This document shows positions 48,001-58,500 of a stretch of DNA of 64,000 nucleotides, in pieces. The notes beneath the pieces are model-generated. The model was not told where the DNA came from and did no database searches. It saw only the letters and a program-made list of their open reading frames with translations. This stretch comes from an uncultured virus (IMG/VR IMGVR_UViG_3300010355_000481). Its lineage: Duplodnaviria > Heunggongvirae > Uroviricota > Caudoviricetes > Crassvirales. Numbering within the stretch: the stretch's first letter is position 1; every line of letters starts with the position of its first letter. The DNA is taken from IMG/VR virus record IMGVR_UViG_3300010355_000481; one strand, 5' to 3'. Position numbers and translations under genes: made by a program.

Positions 48001-49296
48001 TTGCTCGGTAGATTGAAAGTCAACGTTTTCGATTTTTCCATTAGTTGATAAATTTGTATGCAAAAGTAATGCATTTACAGATACTTTATTCTCTGGAGTA
48101 ATAGAAACAAAATTTGTAGAAGATTTTATGCTATTTTTAAATTCTTCTATATCTTGTTTACTCCCTAATATATGAATTTGTTCTGGTTCAAATACTACAA
48201 ATACATCTCCTCTTTCTCCAAAATCTTCTGTATTTTTTCTAACAGTATTATCATTTATATCTTGTATGTCTAATATAGCAATCTTTATTCTATTTCCAAC
48301 TTTTTCTGCTATATTTTTAGTACCAAAATAAAATCCTTTTAAACCATCTCTAGTACCTTGCCCATAACCAATATAAGATTTATCAAATACTTCAAATTCA
48401 GGCTTACGAACTCCTGATGGACTAAATTCTCTTGTACCATGATAAACAATATCCTTCACTTTACTATCAGGAAATATAGTATCTAAGTATTGAGAGTAAA
48501 CTTGTAATGCTTGTTGTTTTTGTTGTGGGGTTATTTGATTTTCAAATATTTTATTAGTAAATATAAAAGGAGGATTTTCATATTTAATGTTATCATACTG
48601 AGAATTTGAAATATTTTTATTTAAAACTTTTGATAAATAACCTTGTTTTTCTAATTTAAGCATCATATCATATCCATAGCCTGATACTAAATTATCTATA
48701 ACAGGTGTATATCCTCTTTTAGTTATTAATCTATTAGCTTCTAAAAATGCTTTTAATCCCAACCCCTTTTTTAATGGATGAGTTACGTCATTTTCAAAAT
48801 TTTCAATATTAGATACAAATGCTGTTTTATTAGAATCATCAAAATAAATAGTTAGTCTTACGTCTATTCCTTTATTCTCAGTATTGATTTTTATTGAATA
48901 TTGTTCTTTATTTACAAAGTTATTATCACCTCTCTGTTTTGGTACCTTCCCCCAAACATCAGTAGCATAGGGTTTTAGCTCAATTTCTGAATATTGTTCA
49001 AACCCTAAAGCTTCATATACTTGATTAGCTAATTCAGGATTTTCATTAAATAATTCTTCTACGCCAGATTTAATAGTAGCAGTAGATTGTCCATTAAGTT
49101 CATCGATTAATCGATCTTGGGCATTACGTTTTTTAGTCCCTGGCATATTTGCCATGAACGAATTACCTACACGTTCAAATAACTTGGATTCTTTAATAGT
49201 ATTCCAAGCACCTAATGCTTTTTCCGTTAATTGATCGGCAAGTTCTGGGTTAGAATTTCTTAATCTTTGCTCGATGCTCTTTATAGTACAGCTCAT
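42079..49296 (-). CDS. giant polyvalent virion cargo protein (ART-like, GNAT, zincin, PD-(D/E)XK domains)
   Basis: IVYHGT..FDK..GFYF..VFEPEQI (ART-PolyVal-like); EVDPQYRKQGLAKQAY (GNAT); HEYLH (46567-81); AGTADLL...IYDWKT; hydrophobic C-terminus; next to the vRNAP gene. Confidence 0.75.
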   Translation of the reverse strand: MSCTIKSIEQRLRNSNPELADQLTEKALGAWNTIKESKLFERVGNSFMANMPGTKKRNAQDRLIDELNGQSTATIKSGVEELFNENPELANQVYEALGFEQYSEIELKPYATDVWGKVPKQRGDNNFVNKEQYSIKINTENKGIDVRLTIYFDDSNKTAFVSNIENFENDVTHPLKKGLGLKAFLEANRLITKRGYTPVIDNLVSGYGYDMMLKLEKQGYLSKVLNKNISNSQYDNIKYENPPFIFTNKIFENQITPQQKQQALQVYSQYLDTIFPDSKVKDIVYHGTREFSPSGVRKPEFEVFDKSYIGYGQGTRDGLKGFYFGTKNIAEKVGNRIKIAILDIQDINDNTVRKNTEDFGERGDVFVVFEPEQIHILGSKQDIEEFKNSIKSSTNFVSITPENKVSVNALLLHTNLSTNGKIENVDFQSTEQYRNILSAGMLVEEEYKRIFTNKKGDIYTVQPTPISRSLVLSALEQGAAGSTMQDIWARVVRGTQSESDEMGFVALLADRLFNRKDEFTSKLFNSKPGGTLGRIYITNDNTFFSADNSGIYVNPKVVFSQMGNYQTFEDYKNALELILTEEVIHYTANNLAPISWFHDVYSQMSETKRKKIKEIYEFKQTGKDLEYAIANEYIRMALQLEHFNAITEQETKFIIKKLTEKVLNYIKKLFSNEKTAEVIINRFNTFLKEGNVKPYTDEQLYKDMQTSLINKGAGLLEKTKRLYSSPISNFQSNINETLGTPEIKIQVDGKTVGKLNTYLSQDNPNVLITTGIEVDPQYRKQGLAKQAYIELAKINPTKTLQSSSQITDDSKGVWESLVKDGIATKIGNNKYEIKNIEDSYTIAPIENESIPNQPKLAHNIEQMLDDLATRFQVNWGYDYEMAQRGAIRDGKVLINPNHATFDTPFHEYLHPFINLIKQQGSPFYQLLSNSVMAVTDITGKNVLFETKKNNPELVGDELIEEAIVEAAGLAAIGRLVETSVNKSFLDYLKMFLDNIGKLLGFDFEQNINLNTPFRSVVNMMLDSNFVYDMRPYANNANQNLSADEIHNVLKGLGEDLVTESTFTNNEEGQLEEHRKYKNNRTGDIYNGVHEDVIKPYYDKIFPNKLEETPAITFQKDAGTALHEVFQNTLYEVFVDPTTNTLRPIVLDYYTNPTKETLQKYQEFFQPILAKQRATVYAESTPDLGVIEPANSQYYYEQAHGYLHHIIKRAIKTHGPSVKFYAEQRLLNTEKGRAGTADLLIIGPRTFDIYDWKTVAPQKYNRFNDTKSEMEMLPIFKETAYKLQMKEYATMVHQLTGLRLGTARAIPIGVETYKTISGYYQMADITFGDPTLKTITTSAATGEEQRYLLPVTLEGETPDNKLINDFIGKLEGYIKVYSNMLQSDKDHKKIARELQIDALRKIIQDLQISRNHKNILNRIDVLNKLAEEQIILSDDTINIEKLTDIKYELDLYKDMQKYFDIEGKPGISYDMAQKQQLVIYMIDRIIDRTNNYTQNAALREGVPNILENEMAYSGAKRWFTELSAITQVKTVAFFDRIKRKAQGIANKGKLMYYEKLGKGIDGLTAEDIKTFFHTVNGKMQPRLISKYNLKEKLEKINNEEGLNHENFIFKQDVYDQGLADYSAMLRDSLHFKERITNIGNMTEKEFKDANLQIDAYNDMKEQYFERKLGEWEEKNSFPVIISGEKAVGVNWKYYDIHPDYEEEWFTSEYKEMASKPQRLELYNTIMEINEKAFKLGLISYRQKFTFFPSILANSQEKLLAGETGVFSMSRFMESFKASDQDEETITNGNVEINPLTKQIDRKIPKLYQRSLGTEKEDGTYEYSKQSFNIAKVYGQYVNHMMEYESRSELEVQAGLLLDLEKRKSNVLSVKGNAVYNEDSEGNLIKEITEGVNKNTDILEKAINRTVYGVTPFSDIKSTVKILGKEVNLVRTLRKIMTWRSMTTLGLNSTSAIVTGIGGNLNMFLEAGRNGVYNAKDASTAMATLSQTLFREPKAMRVLKMLQAIDPIIDDLNNHRINNLSLTKFDKIVTSDNLMIMLREVDKSTQFVSGMAVMNNYMVKDGTLYKISDYVKTEMDYDTKFKQFAENREWDKLNQFEKELEKRVEELKKTDSVVSKELKGEESGITEEMQIKLRPILQKYSKQILGNASRDDVAQYKDTILGQVAGQFKSWMPRLVLQRWGGAEIDNVSGQLNWGKYMTAVSLLSRDLSKTIQGFIGAYGNLNDVTYDAIVKKYNELLQKHIDNGGTKGDFITLSEFKNVYVANIRSTLKEILIMVAMTTMVYSLMAAWDDDDKLNAAQRYTLLLLNRANSELTFFINPKSATDLVKSPVPLVSVLTDVQAFASNLSKESFNQAQEVFTGDESKDLKKAQPTKYFLKLFPITKEFLNWSALLDDDFRKDFNINLGAR

Positions 49297-49305
49297 AGTT
49301 GTTTA

Positions 49306-49458
49306 TTAGAAGTTTTCTCCGATGTATTTGTCTAAGATAAGTTTGTCTGATGATAATTTAGAAATATCAACTAAACTATGTACCTCATCCATTTCGATAC
49401 GTTGGATTTCGTTATATTTTTGTCCTAAAGCAAATAAGGTCCAATCTTGTAACTCCAT
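49306..49458 (-). CDS. microprotein (50 aa), not in ORF track
   Basis: MELQDWTLFALGQKYNEIQ...YIGENF between the two giant genes. Confidence 0.5.
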   Translation of the reverse strand: MELQDWTLFALGQKYNEIQRIEMDEVHSLVDISKLSSDKLILDKYIGENF

Positions 49459-49470
49459 TGCTTTAGAAGT

Positions 49471-49478
49471 CAAAGGTA
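49471..49478 (-). promoter_or_regulatory. Bacteroidota -7 promoter box
   Basis: TACCTTTG on the - strand, intergenic, just upstream of the 50-aa ORF; no clear -33 box. Confidence 0.45.
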
Positions 49479-49514
49479 CTTAATTTGTTTAGGTATATTA
49501 AATTTTAAATTTAT

Positions 49515-52500
49515 TTATAATATTAAAAAAGGACAATCTGGGTATTCTGTATTATCTTCTGTAGAAGATTCTACGGGGGTTTCTACTTCTCTTTCTTCTT
49601 GAGTTTCATCTGTTACATCTACTATTTCATCCTGTTCGAGATTATCATTAAATGCTACAGATGATTTGAATGCAGATATTGGTAAATCATCAGGTAAAAT
49701 ATAAGCACCGTATGGTAATTCTTCGCTAGGATCAAGATTTGCTGTATCGTCCGGCAATGTTACCATAGCGTATTTACCCATACCTATTTTAGTAATTTCA
49801 TGATAAATACTTGCACCTTTTGGGCCTCTACCGATACGTTCAAGCAACATTGATTTGCCTCTTAAACTTACGATTTCATTACCATCTTCATCAAATACTG
49901 CATATTCATCTCCGCTACCTGGGAATATATCTTTATCATATTTAATACTACCATAGTTGTTGATATATTCTCTTGTATCATTAATTAAATAAGTACGACC
50001 TTCGGTAGCTGTCATTAGATGATTTGTTCGTTTAACAATTTTGGCGTCGCTCCATTTTTGTTGGTGGAACATTTTCCATAGCGTGTCAAATCTTAAATCC
50101 TTCGCGTCAAACTCTTCTAAGTATTTATTAACAACTTCCGAGTATAAACCGGTTGGTAACGTAGGTTGAAGACTTACGTGCGAAGAATCTACTCCTGATT
50201 GAAGAATAGTTAACGTAACCATATCATTCATAACATTTACCACATCTGTATAAAAGTTATACTTAGGGGTATCAATAGCATCTTTACGATTTTGGGCCCA
50301 TTTAATATGCTTTTCGGCTCTTTCTAATACTTCCTCATATCTAGCAATTTCTATATTACGATCTACACTATCCTCACGACTATTGTATAATGTTACATTC
50401 ATGATAGGGTTTTCTTCCGTTTTTGGATCAGAGTATGAAGTTCTGAATGATAAATTATCAAAAAATTTATAGTCCAAATCTTTATACACATCGCTGGCTT
50501 TTAAATCTTTAATACGTTTTACTAAGTTATTTTCAGACTCTGGATCTAGTAAACTATAATTTTTACTAAATCCTGGAGAATTTTGTATAACATAAGTTAC
50601 TAAATAATTAGTAAAGCTATTTAATACTACGTCTTTATTTCTTTCGCCGATCTTAGCAGCTACTTTTTGAGTAGCTTGTTTTACTATACGACTAAGTGCT
50701 GGATTTTTTGCAAGAAGTAAGAACGGAGATAAGTAACTATTAAATTGCTCTCTATTTTTAATAATATTACCTAAATGGGTTTTTCCTGGAATATTTACGG
50801 CAGTACCAAATTTTAATCCTTCAGTCACAGCATCTAAAGCAAGATTATTTTCAACTAACGTTTTAGTTCTTTTACTATCGATATTTAAAGCATTGTTTAA
50901 GTTACCAAGTGATTGGCCTGGTTTACCTAAAGCCATAAAATCTTTTAACATAATAGCTTGAACGTATCGTGCTTTTTCTTTTTTATAATCCTTAACTCTA
51001 TCGATATCTTTTGCATAATCCATATCTGGATCGGATACTTCGATATCTTCTAGGAACTCATCTATAGCATCTTTAATATCTTTTAATTCCCAATAAGATA
51101 CTGTATCTTTTTCATTAGGACTCATATACATTTCGGCCAAAGTATTTAAAGGTATTCCTTTTTTACTTACACCGGCTAAAGCTTCTGTACCTACAAGTAA
51201 TTTAACCAAAACTTGCATGTACATGTCGGATTTGTTTCCTTTTAACCCATCGACTTCTCTGAATAATGACGTATTATTTTCTGACATACGTACAAATTCT
51301 TTAATTGCCGGTTGGTTTATAAACTTCATTGTGTCTTCAATACTTAATCCTAATCGTTGTAATAACATCAATTGAGGCATTGTATGCGTATTGATATTTA
51401 AACGAACAACGAACGGATCTTTGGCGGCATCCGCAAATCCAGATACATATTCACTGATGTTTCCTGAAATTAATCGACCTTTATTGTCAAATTGACGAGC
51501 TAAACTGTGATACCCTTCGATAGCTTTTACTTTATCAAATTTTAATGCGGGAATTTCTTCTATATGAAGATCTCCGATTTGAGCCATGCCATGTCCTGTT
51601 ACATTTACAGCACCAATACCTACTAAATCTTTGGCGGCACTTAATATATGACGTTGACTGGTTGAACCTAATAAACTTGATAATGAATAGGATTTAACTG
51701 AAGATTGATCATTTAGAATACTATCCATTTTTTCTAAAGTAGCTGCAGAATTCGGGGCTAAGTGTTGTAATCTATTCTGAGGAAGAGATAACAAATTACG
51801 CATTAGTTCGATATTTCTATTTTCTAATGCTTCTCGGCTATTCTGCGCACCAATTGATAATTCACGGAATTGATCTAAAGACATTATATTTTCTTGGCCA
51901 TCTGACAAGAATTGTCCTAAGTATGCATAATCTGCTGCGGCATCTGCTTTTTCTTCTCGATAAGCATCTCGTTGAGTAAGAAAAGCATTCAATAAATCTC
52001 TACGAACACCTCCTTCTTCGATATAATCTGCATACTCTTCTAACATTTCTTCTAAAATAGGAATTACTTGCTGAGAGTCTACGATTTGTTCATAGTAAGT
52101 TTTTGTATTTCTATTATAAGCTTGAAGAGTTATACTTTGTGTATTTTCTAATTGAGCAATCCATGCTTTAGTAAAATCACGGTTCCACATTGTTTTATCA
52201 AACCCTGATTTATTAATAAAATCAGTAGTCGATTGGTTATCCCAATATTGTTGTTTTATACTTAAAGGTAAACTGAAGAATACATTAGATCTGAATTTCT
52301 TTTGTTTTTCTTGCTCGTTAAGTTTAGTATAAAGATCATTCAACTCTTTGTTTGATAATTCTAAACGTTCTTTTATAAGATTTTTTTGAATCTTATATTC
52401 TTTAGCTAAACGTTTTCTAACATATTTATTATAACGACGTTCAACCCCAGCTTCCGTTTCATCTTGATCAAATTCTACATAATGGTAATAATTGTTTTCA

Positions 52501-55500
52501 TCAACATAATAATGAGGAAGGTATAGATTCAATTTATCGATATCGAAATCTGAACCTGATTTACCTACAAGTTCTGCCGGCACCATAATACTATCACCAT
52601 AAGATTCATCTAAGAATCCTACTACTTGGATTTTCTCTGCTTGGCCTAATGATTGAGTTGGGATACGATATCCAAGTATTTCTAATAATTTAGTATCGAC
52701 ATTGTTTATATCAACCCCATTATCAGCTAAATATGATGGAATTTTAACTTCAATAGTACCATCTTCACGTAATTTTAAATCATTAGAACCTATCTTAACG
52801 TTTGCTAATTCTTCTGGTGTTAGTGTTTCAGGTGAAGTTACTTTTTGATAAATACCATCTTTTAGTATCAATAAGTCATTACTATTGCGTAAGAATACTG
52901 ATGATACTTGAGGAGCTTGAGTACCTTTTACTTTTTGGTGCACAAGTGCTTTATCCAATATACTATTCAATACATACTCGATACGATTTCTTTCTGTCGA
53001 AGCGTCAAACATGTATCGGAGTTGTCTAGTTTCTGGGTCAATATCAAACATATCGATAACATTCTGAGGCATATCAAGGCTAATTGCTTGAGCTTTCAAT
53101 GTTTCAGATAAATTTTCTACGCTATCTACTTCGTATTCTCCAGTAACAGTATTAAGACGTATACCTAGTTTTGTATATAAAGTATCGGCGCCTAATGCAA
53201 TCATGTCATTAAGGTTTTGATAATAATCCGATATAGCTTTTACTACGGTAGGATCATCCATATGCGCCGTAAGATTCGAAGTAATAATTTTCGTAATCTG
53301 CACACCTCGATTTGATTCTGCTTTATATACATTAGCTGTTTCTACTTGCAGTCCAAAATCATCCATATGAATTCGTTGTACTGGGGGTATATCGTCAATT
53401 GTTTGACCTACTTTATCGTAAAGAGGAGTTAAAGTGCCTTGTTTATTTACCAAGTTACCCATTTTTTGTCCTGAATTAAAACCGATAAGGTCAATTTTAT
53501 TCTTTTGTGCTTGTAAATATATTTTTTCAAGTTGAGGATTACCTTCAACTCTACTCCAAGATAGTGGCATTACCGAATTCTTTAAAAAGATAGGAGTTAA
53601 TATATCTATTTTTTCGTTATATCCAGATCCTTGAGGTTTAATTACTTGAAGTACAGCTATAGGTTTTGGTTTGGCTAATATTGTTTCATCTTTTGCTTTA
53701 GTGAAAATTGCATGTTTTGTCAAATATTTATAATGACGAGGATCTTCTTTATCGAATTTATTTCTCGTCACACGTTCATAAGCTTGTTCCCATTGAACTC
53801 TTGCAATTTGTGTACTAGTAAGTTTACCACTAGTGTACATCATATCAAACCATCCGTCCAAAGTCATAAATGCTTGAGCATCTGCCATCTCTAATTTAAC
53901 ATAAGGAGCTATAAGTGTACCTTTAACCGGTTTTTCTGGAATTTCGATAACTTTACCTGTTGTTTCATCAAATTTAGCACCTACGATAGCTTCTATTTCT
54001 GTATGCGTAAGATTTTGATCAGTATGAGCTTTATAAAAAGTTTCTGCTAAGTAATTAATGGATGACGATACGGCCTCCACATCTTCATATGATACAAAAT
54101 TATAATATGAATCACGTACTTTTCCATCTAAACGAGGACGATATGTATCCATTTCTGACATAACTTCTGAAGAAGTGGCGGAAGTTTGTTTACTACTAGT
54201 GATAAAGTTCCAACGTTTTTGGGCATCACCTGGTTTGTACATACTTAAGTTACCATAAGCTAACGCTTGTAAATCACGATTGAATACTTCATAATTATAA
54301 AATATGAATCGGAATAAAGGCCCCTTATTGTTTTTATCTCTTAAAGCTTCGGCATAAGTTTCAGTCCAAGAAAGTGTTTTTGTTACGAGCTCTTCTAAAC
54401 CTGTAACTGGATTAAAATCTACCTCTGTGTAAGTAGCTTGAGGTATTTTCATAACCTTACATGCTTGCTCTGCATCTAAGTACTTTGCGATATCCAATTC
54501 TTGGAATTTATCCAATACTGATTTATATTCGGCTTTTACATGGTTTTCTAGTCGTGGGAATACATATTCGATAAATCTATCAACATCTTTATTTTTAAGT
54601 AGTTGATCGTACTCTGCTTGGGTTAAATTTAGAATATCGGTGAACGTTCCTAAATTAACTTTATCCTTCGTATTATCTCTAAATATCTTAACGTCTTCTG
54701 CTAGTTTTTTATTAAATAGGATATCAATTTCGTCACGAAGTTGTGGTATAACAAAATCATTAATATATATCTGATGATCAGTTTTACCTGTAGCACAATA
54801 TCTACTATAATCAACTAATTGTCTTCCTAATTGTAGACCGTATTCAGTACTTTTATCTGAATTAATTAATAATGAAAATCTATTATGTAATACACCATTA
54901 GCTTTTAATATCAATTTATCTGATTCTGGTAAAGAGGTAAAAGAACGCCCTTCATTGGTTACGCCATTCATCAGTCCATCAAAAGTTACTAGAGTTAAAT
55001 TTGATTTTGCATTTTTATTAGTTTTATTGTCAAACAAAACCCCATTTCGACGTAAAAATACATTATTAGCTAAACCTACTTTTAACTGACCATTTTTACC
55101 TACTAAATGAGGTAAAGACTTCATTGCATCTAATAAATCTGCTGCCCCATTAATTTTATTGAACATACGTCCAATAGTATTCGGGTTGATAATAGTGTGG
55201 GCAGTTTTACCAGTTGCTTTACGGAAGTTTTGTAAATTTTCATTACTATCCACTACACTATTTTTTGCTAATGTATAGATACGTGTTCTAGCTTGTTTTT
55301 CAAACAATTCTTTTATAGACATCGTAGGATTTTGCATTAATACCCCTAAGACAGCTTGAAGAGCTTCATCTTTTTCTGGGGTACGTGCACCAAAATCCAT
55401 CCCTAAATTCTTAAAGAAACGATAGTTTTGTATAGGGTTAACATTAGCTTCGAAGTTTCTAAAAACTACCATATTGTTTTTATTAATAGCTAAATGATCA

Positions 55501-58500
55501 TGTCTTTGGTTTGCTAAAGTTTTTAAATTAGATAACCAACCCTGAATAGTATTGTGTATATTATTTTCACTTACCGGATCGACGAATACAACTTTTTCGT
55601 TATCAATTTTTAATGATAAGGGGGAATATTGAAGATTATGGAAAGAATTTTCGAATGCAATTCGAATCTTTAGTTTATTTTCCCCTGAAGTTTTAGTTCC
55701 CGTAAGTTTTTTCTTAAGATCGTAAACCCAACCATATTTCACTTTATCATTTGTAACAAGTTCATCTAAAGCTTCCATCATTACTTCAAATGTATTTTTA
55801 TACATATCCTTGTTATAATGACCTTCTTTATTGCTTAATACGTTTAATAATACATTTTGTAAAGTATGCGGAGCTGGTTTTACATAACGTTTTAACATAT
55901 TCCCTTTACTCCAAGGAGTATTATCTTCTAATAAAACTTTTTTACCGTTCTCGTTTGTATGGTATAATGTCCCTAATAAAAATCTAATAACAGTGTTTAC
56001 ATTTGAAGTTGGGTTGATTTCATCTTCGGAAACACGCCCTTCTTTAGAACTTGTTTCAATCTCATCATACGCTTGGAAATCTACGAAATCTTTTAATTTA
56101 GAACGTTTTAAGAATTGTTCGACGTATAGGTTTTTAAGTTCATCTTTTAAACCTTCTTTTAAAATTAATCCGGTTTTAGCTGGGGCAAATAATGTATTCG
56201 AAGCTCGGAAAGAAGGTTTACCTGGTGCAGGTAAATTTTCAGGCAATTTCGATACGGCCCCCATTTCCATCTCAAAAGCATCTAAAATCGGATCAATTCG
56301 ATTCATTATATATTCGGCAAGAGAATTTTCAGCTTCGTCGGCATTATCTAATAGATTATAAATATTCACATTGTCATCTTTTTCTAGTATTTCTTCGACA
56401 AATTTATCGTGAATAATGTCTAATGCATCTTGCATATGAGAAAACGCTACTTCAGGAGTTTTAAATCTTTGAATTAATCTGTTTTCCGCATATGGATAGA
56501 ATGAGTTAATATTATGATTAAAGTAACTAGCATCCGCAATATTTTGATAAATATTATTGATAGTTGCTTTTGCTTGGGTAGTAGAGCCAAAGAACGCTTT
56601 GATTTGGTTAATTAAATCGATTAAAGCTTTCTTTAAACGGAAGAAGAAAGTATTTGCTTTAGGGTTAGGTTTAACAGTAGTGTTACGCATGAAATCAATG
56701 AATTCTTCCGCCATAGTTTCTTTGGCTTGAAGATCAGTTGCTTTATCATATTCTAACATTTCTCCGCTAAAAGCATATTTAAATGATCCTTTTCTTTCTC
56801 GGAATTCTACCAATAAATCTTTTTGTTGTTCTGGCGTAAGGATATTATTCCATACGGCTTCGAATGCTTCATGAAAACCTGTACCTTTTTCGGCCCCTTC
56901 CCATAGACGAATAACATTTTGCACTAATTGTCCTTGAGCAATACCATCAATAGGTTTACTTTCCGTCGTAATTAAGAATTGCGGTAATACTTTGCTTAAC
57001 CAATCAGAAAATTCTGGGACATTTTCAATATCATCATACTTATATAATGGATTTAATCTATAAGGTTCGGCATCTTCAGCTTCAAATGCAGCTATTTCCT
57101 CTGGGGTATATATAGTCGCAGGAGGAGTGTCTGTAGAAGTTGAAGTTGTATTATTTTCTATAATATCATTTTTCACTTCATCTTCTGGTAATGGCGTTGC
57201 GTCATATACACCTTCGATGGTGATTTGTTGATTGTCGTGATACATAATATCAAACTCGAAGTCTCCTATTTTAGCCATAGCTAATCCCGGAGGAGTAACA
57301 CTCCAATCAGTATTACGTAACCCTTTTTTGACTATCTTTATAGTTTCTGTAGGTACGTTTGTAGGGTAATCATAGTCTTCGTAATTACTTACGACTGTAG
57401 TACCGCTTTCTTGCTCCTGATCTTTAGAAGTATCGTATGTATACTTATTTGCTTCATAGTCAAAACTAAATATTGCTTGGCGGTTTTTTTGTATAGGATC
57501 GCTTTCATTTAAAGGCATATACATTGTAAGTACATTTCTGTCTTTCAAGTATTCTGAATACCCATTTTGATAAGTAGTTCCTGTAGCTAAATCTGTAAAT
57601 AAGTCTGTAGACTTTACATCTTTACTAACAAAGTGTTTCAGTTTTTTAAGTTCTTCTCTAAAATTTTCCAACCTAACTATCTTTCGCATACCTACTTTAC
57701 GTGGTGCGAATACAATACTGCCATCAATTATCCCTATAGAGTTTTGCTGACCACCACTTACTGTGTAATCATCATACCAGTTAATTACGTGAGTAAGGTA
57801 ATTTTTTTCTTCCCCGGTAAGTTCTCCGGTAGTTGCTAGTTTTGTTACTAATTCTGTTATTTTATCAAGTTCTTGGTCGCTATAATCTCGATATCGAACA
57901 TGAAAATATTTACCATCTTTGAATGCATATACTCTACCTTTTTGTAGAGTTTGTCCGGCGCCTACTTGTTGATTTTTAGATAAAGTAGCTATTTTGAATG
58001 TGTACTCATCCCCTATTGATTCTAACTTAGATTGTGATTTAATTTGTATGCCGGGTGTTATTCCTGTAATAGGTTTTACTAAGTCTAAATAATTGTCTTC
58101 GGTCATATTAATAGACTCGTCATACATTTTATTTAAAGACTTTAAATACGTCCCTACGATTTCTATAATTTCTTCTTCGGTTACCGATTTAGTACTAAAC
58201 TCTTGTTTAATATCTTTTGTATCGGATTTAACCCCTTTTACCCATTCAATCCAACGTTTATGTGTATCTTCGATAGATTCATCTTTGCCTTGGGGATGCG
58301 GCGCTGAACTTTTTGAATATACTAAATCTTGAGGAACGTTATCCCCGAACAATACATCATTCAAAGGTAATGTTTCACCATTCTCACGAACTGCATGAGT
58401 CATACCTTTGACCTGTTTAGTCATAAGATAAAGCAACTCGTGACCTTTCATTAAAAAAGGAGAATAGGTTTTTCCAGTTTTTTTATCAACATAAGTTCCT

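Noticed and set aside
47637..48074. 145-aa alternative-frame ORF inside the polyvalent gene
   Set aside because: It coincides with a locally GC-richer segment where stops are rarer, and has no motif or clear start context.
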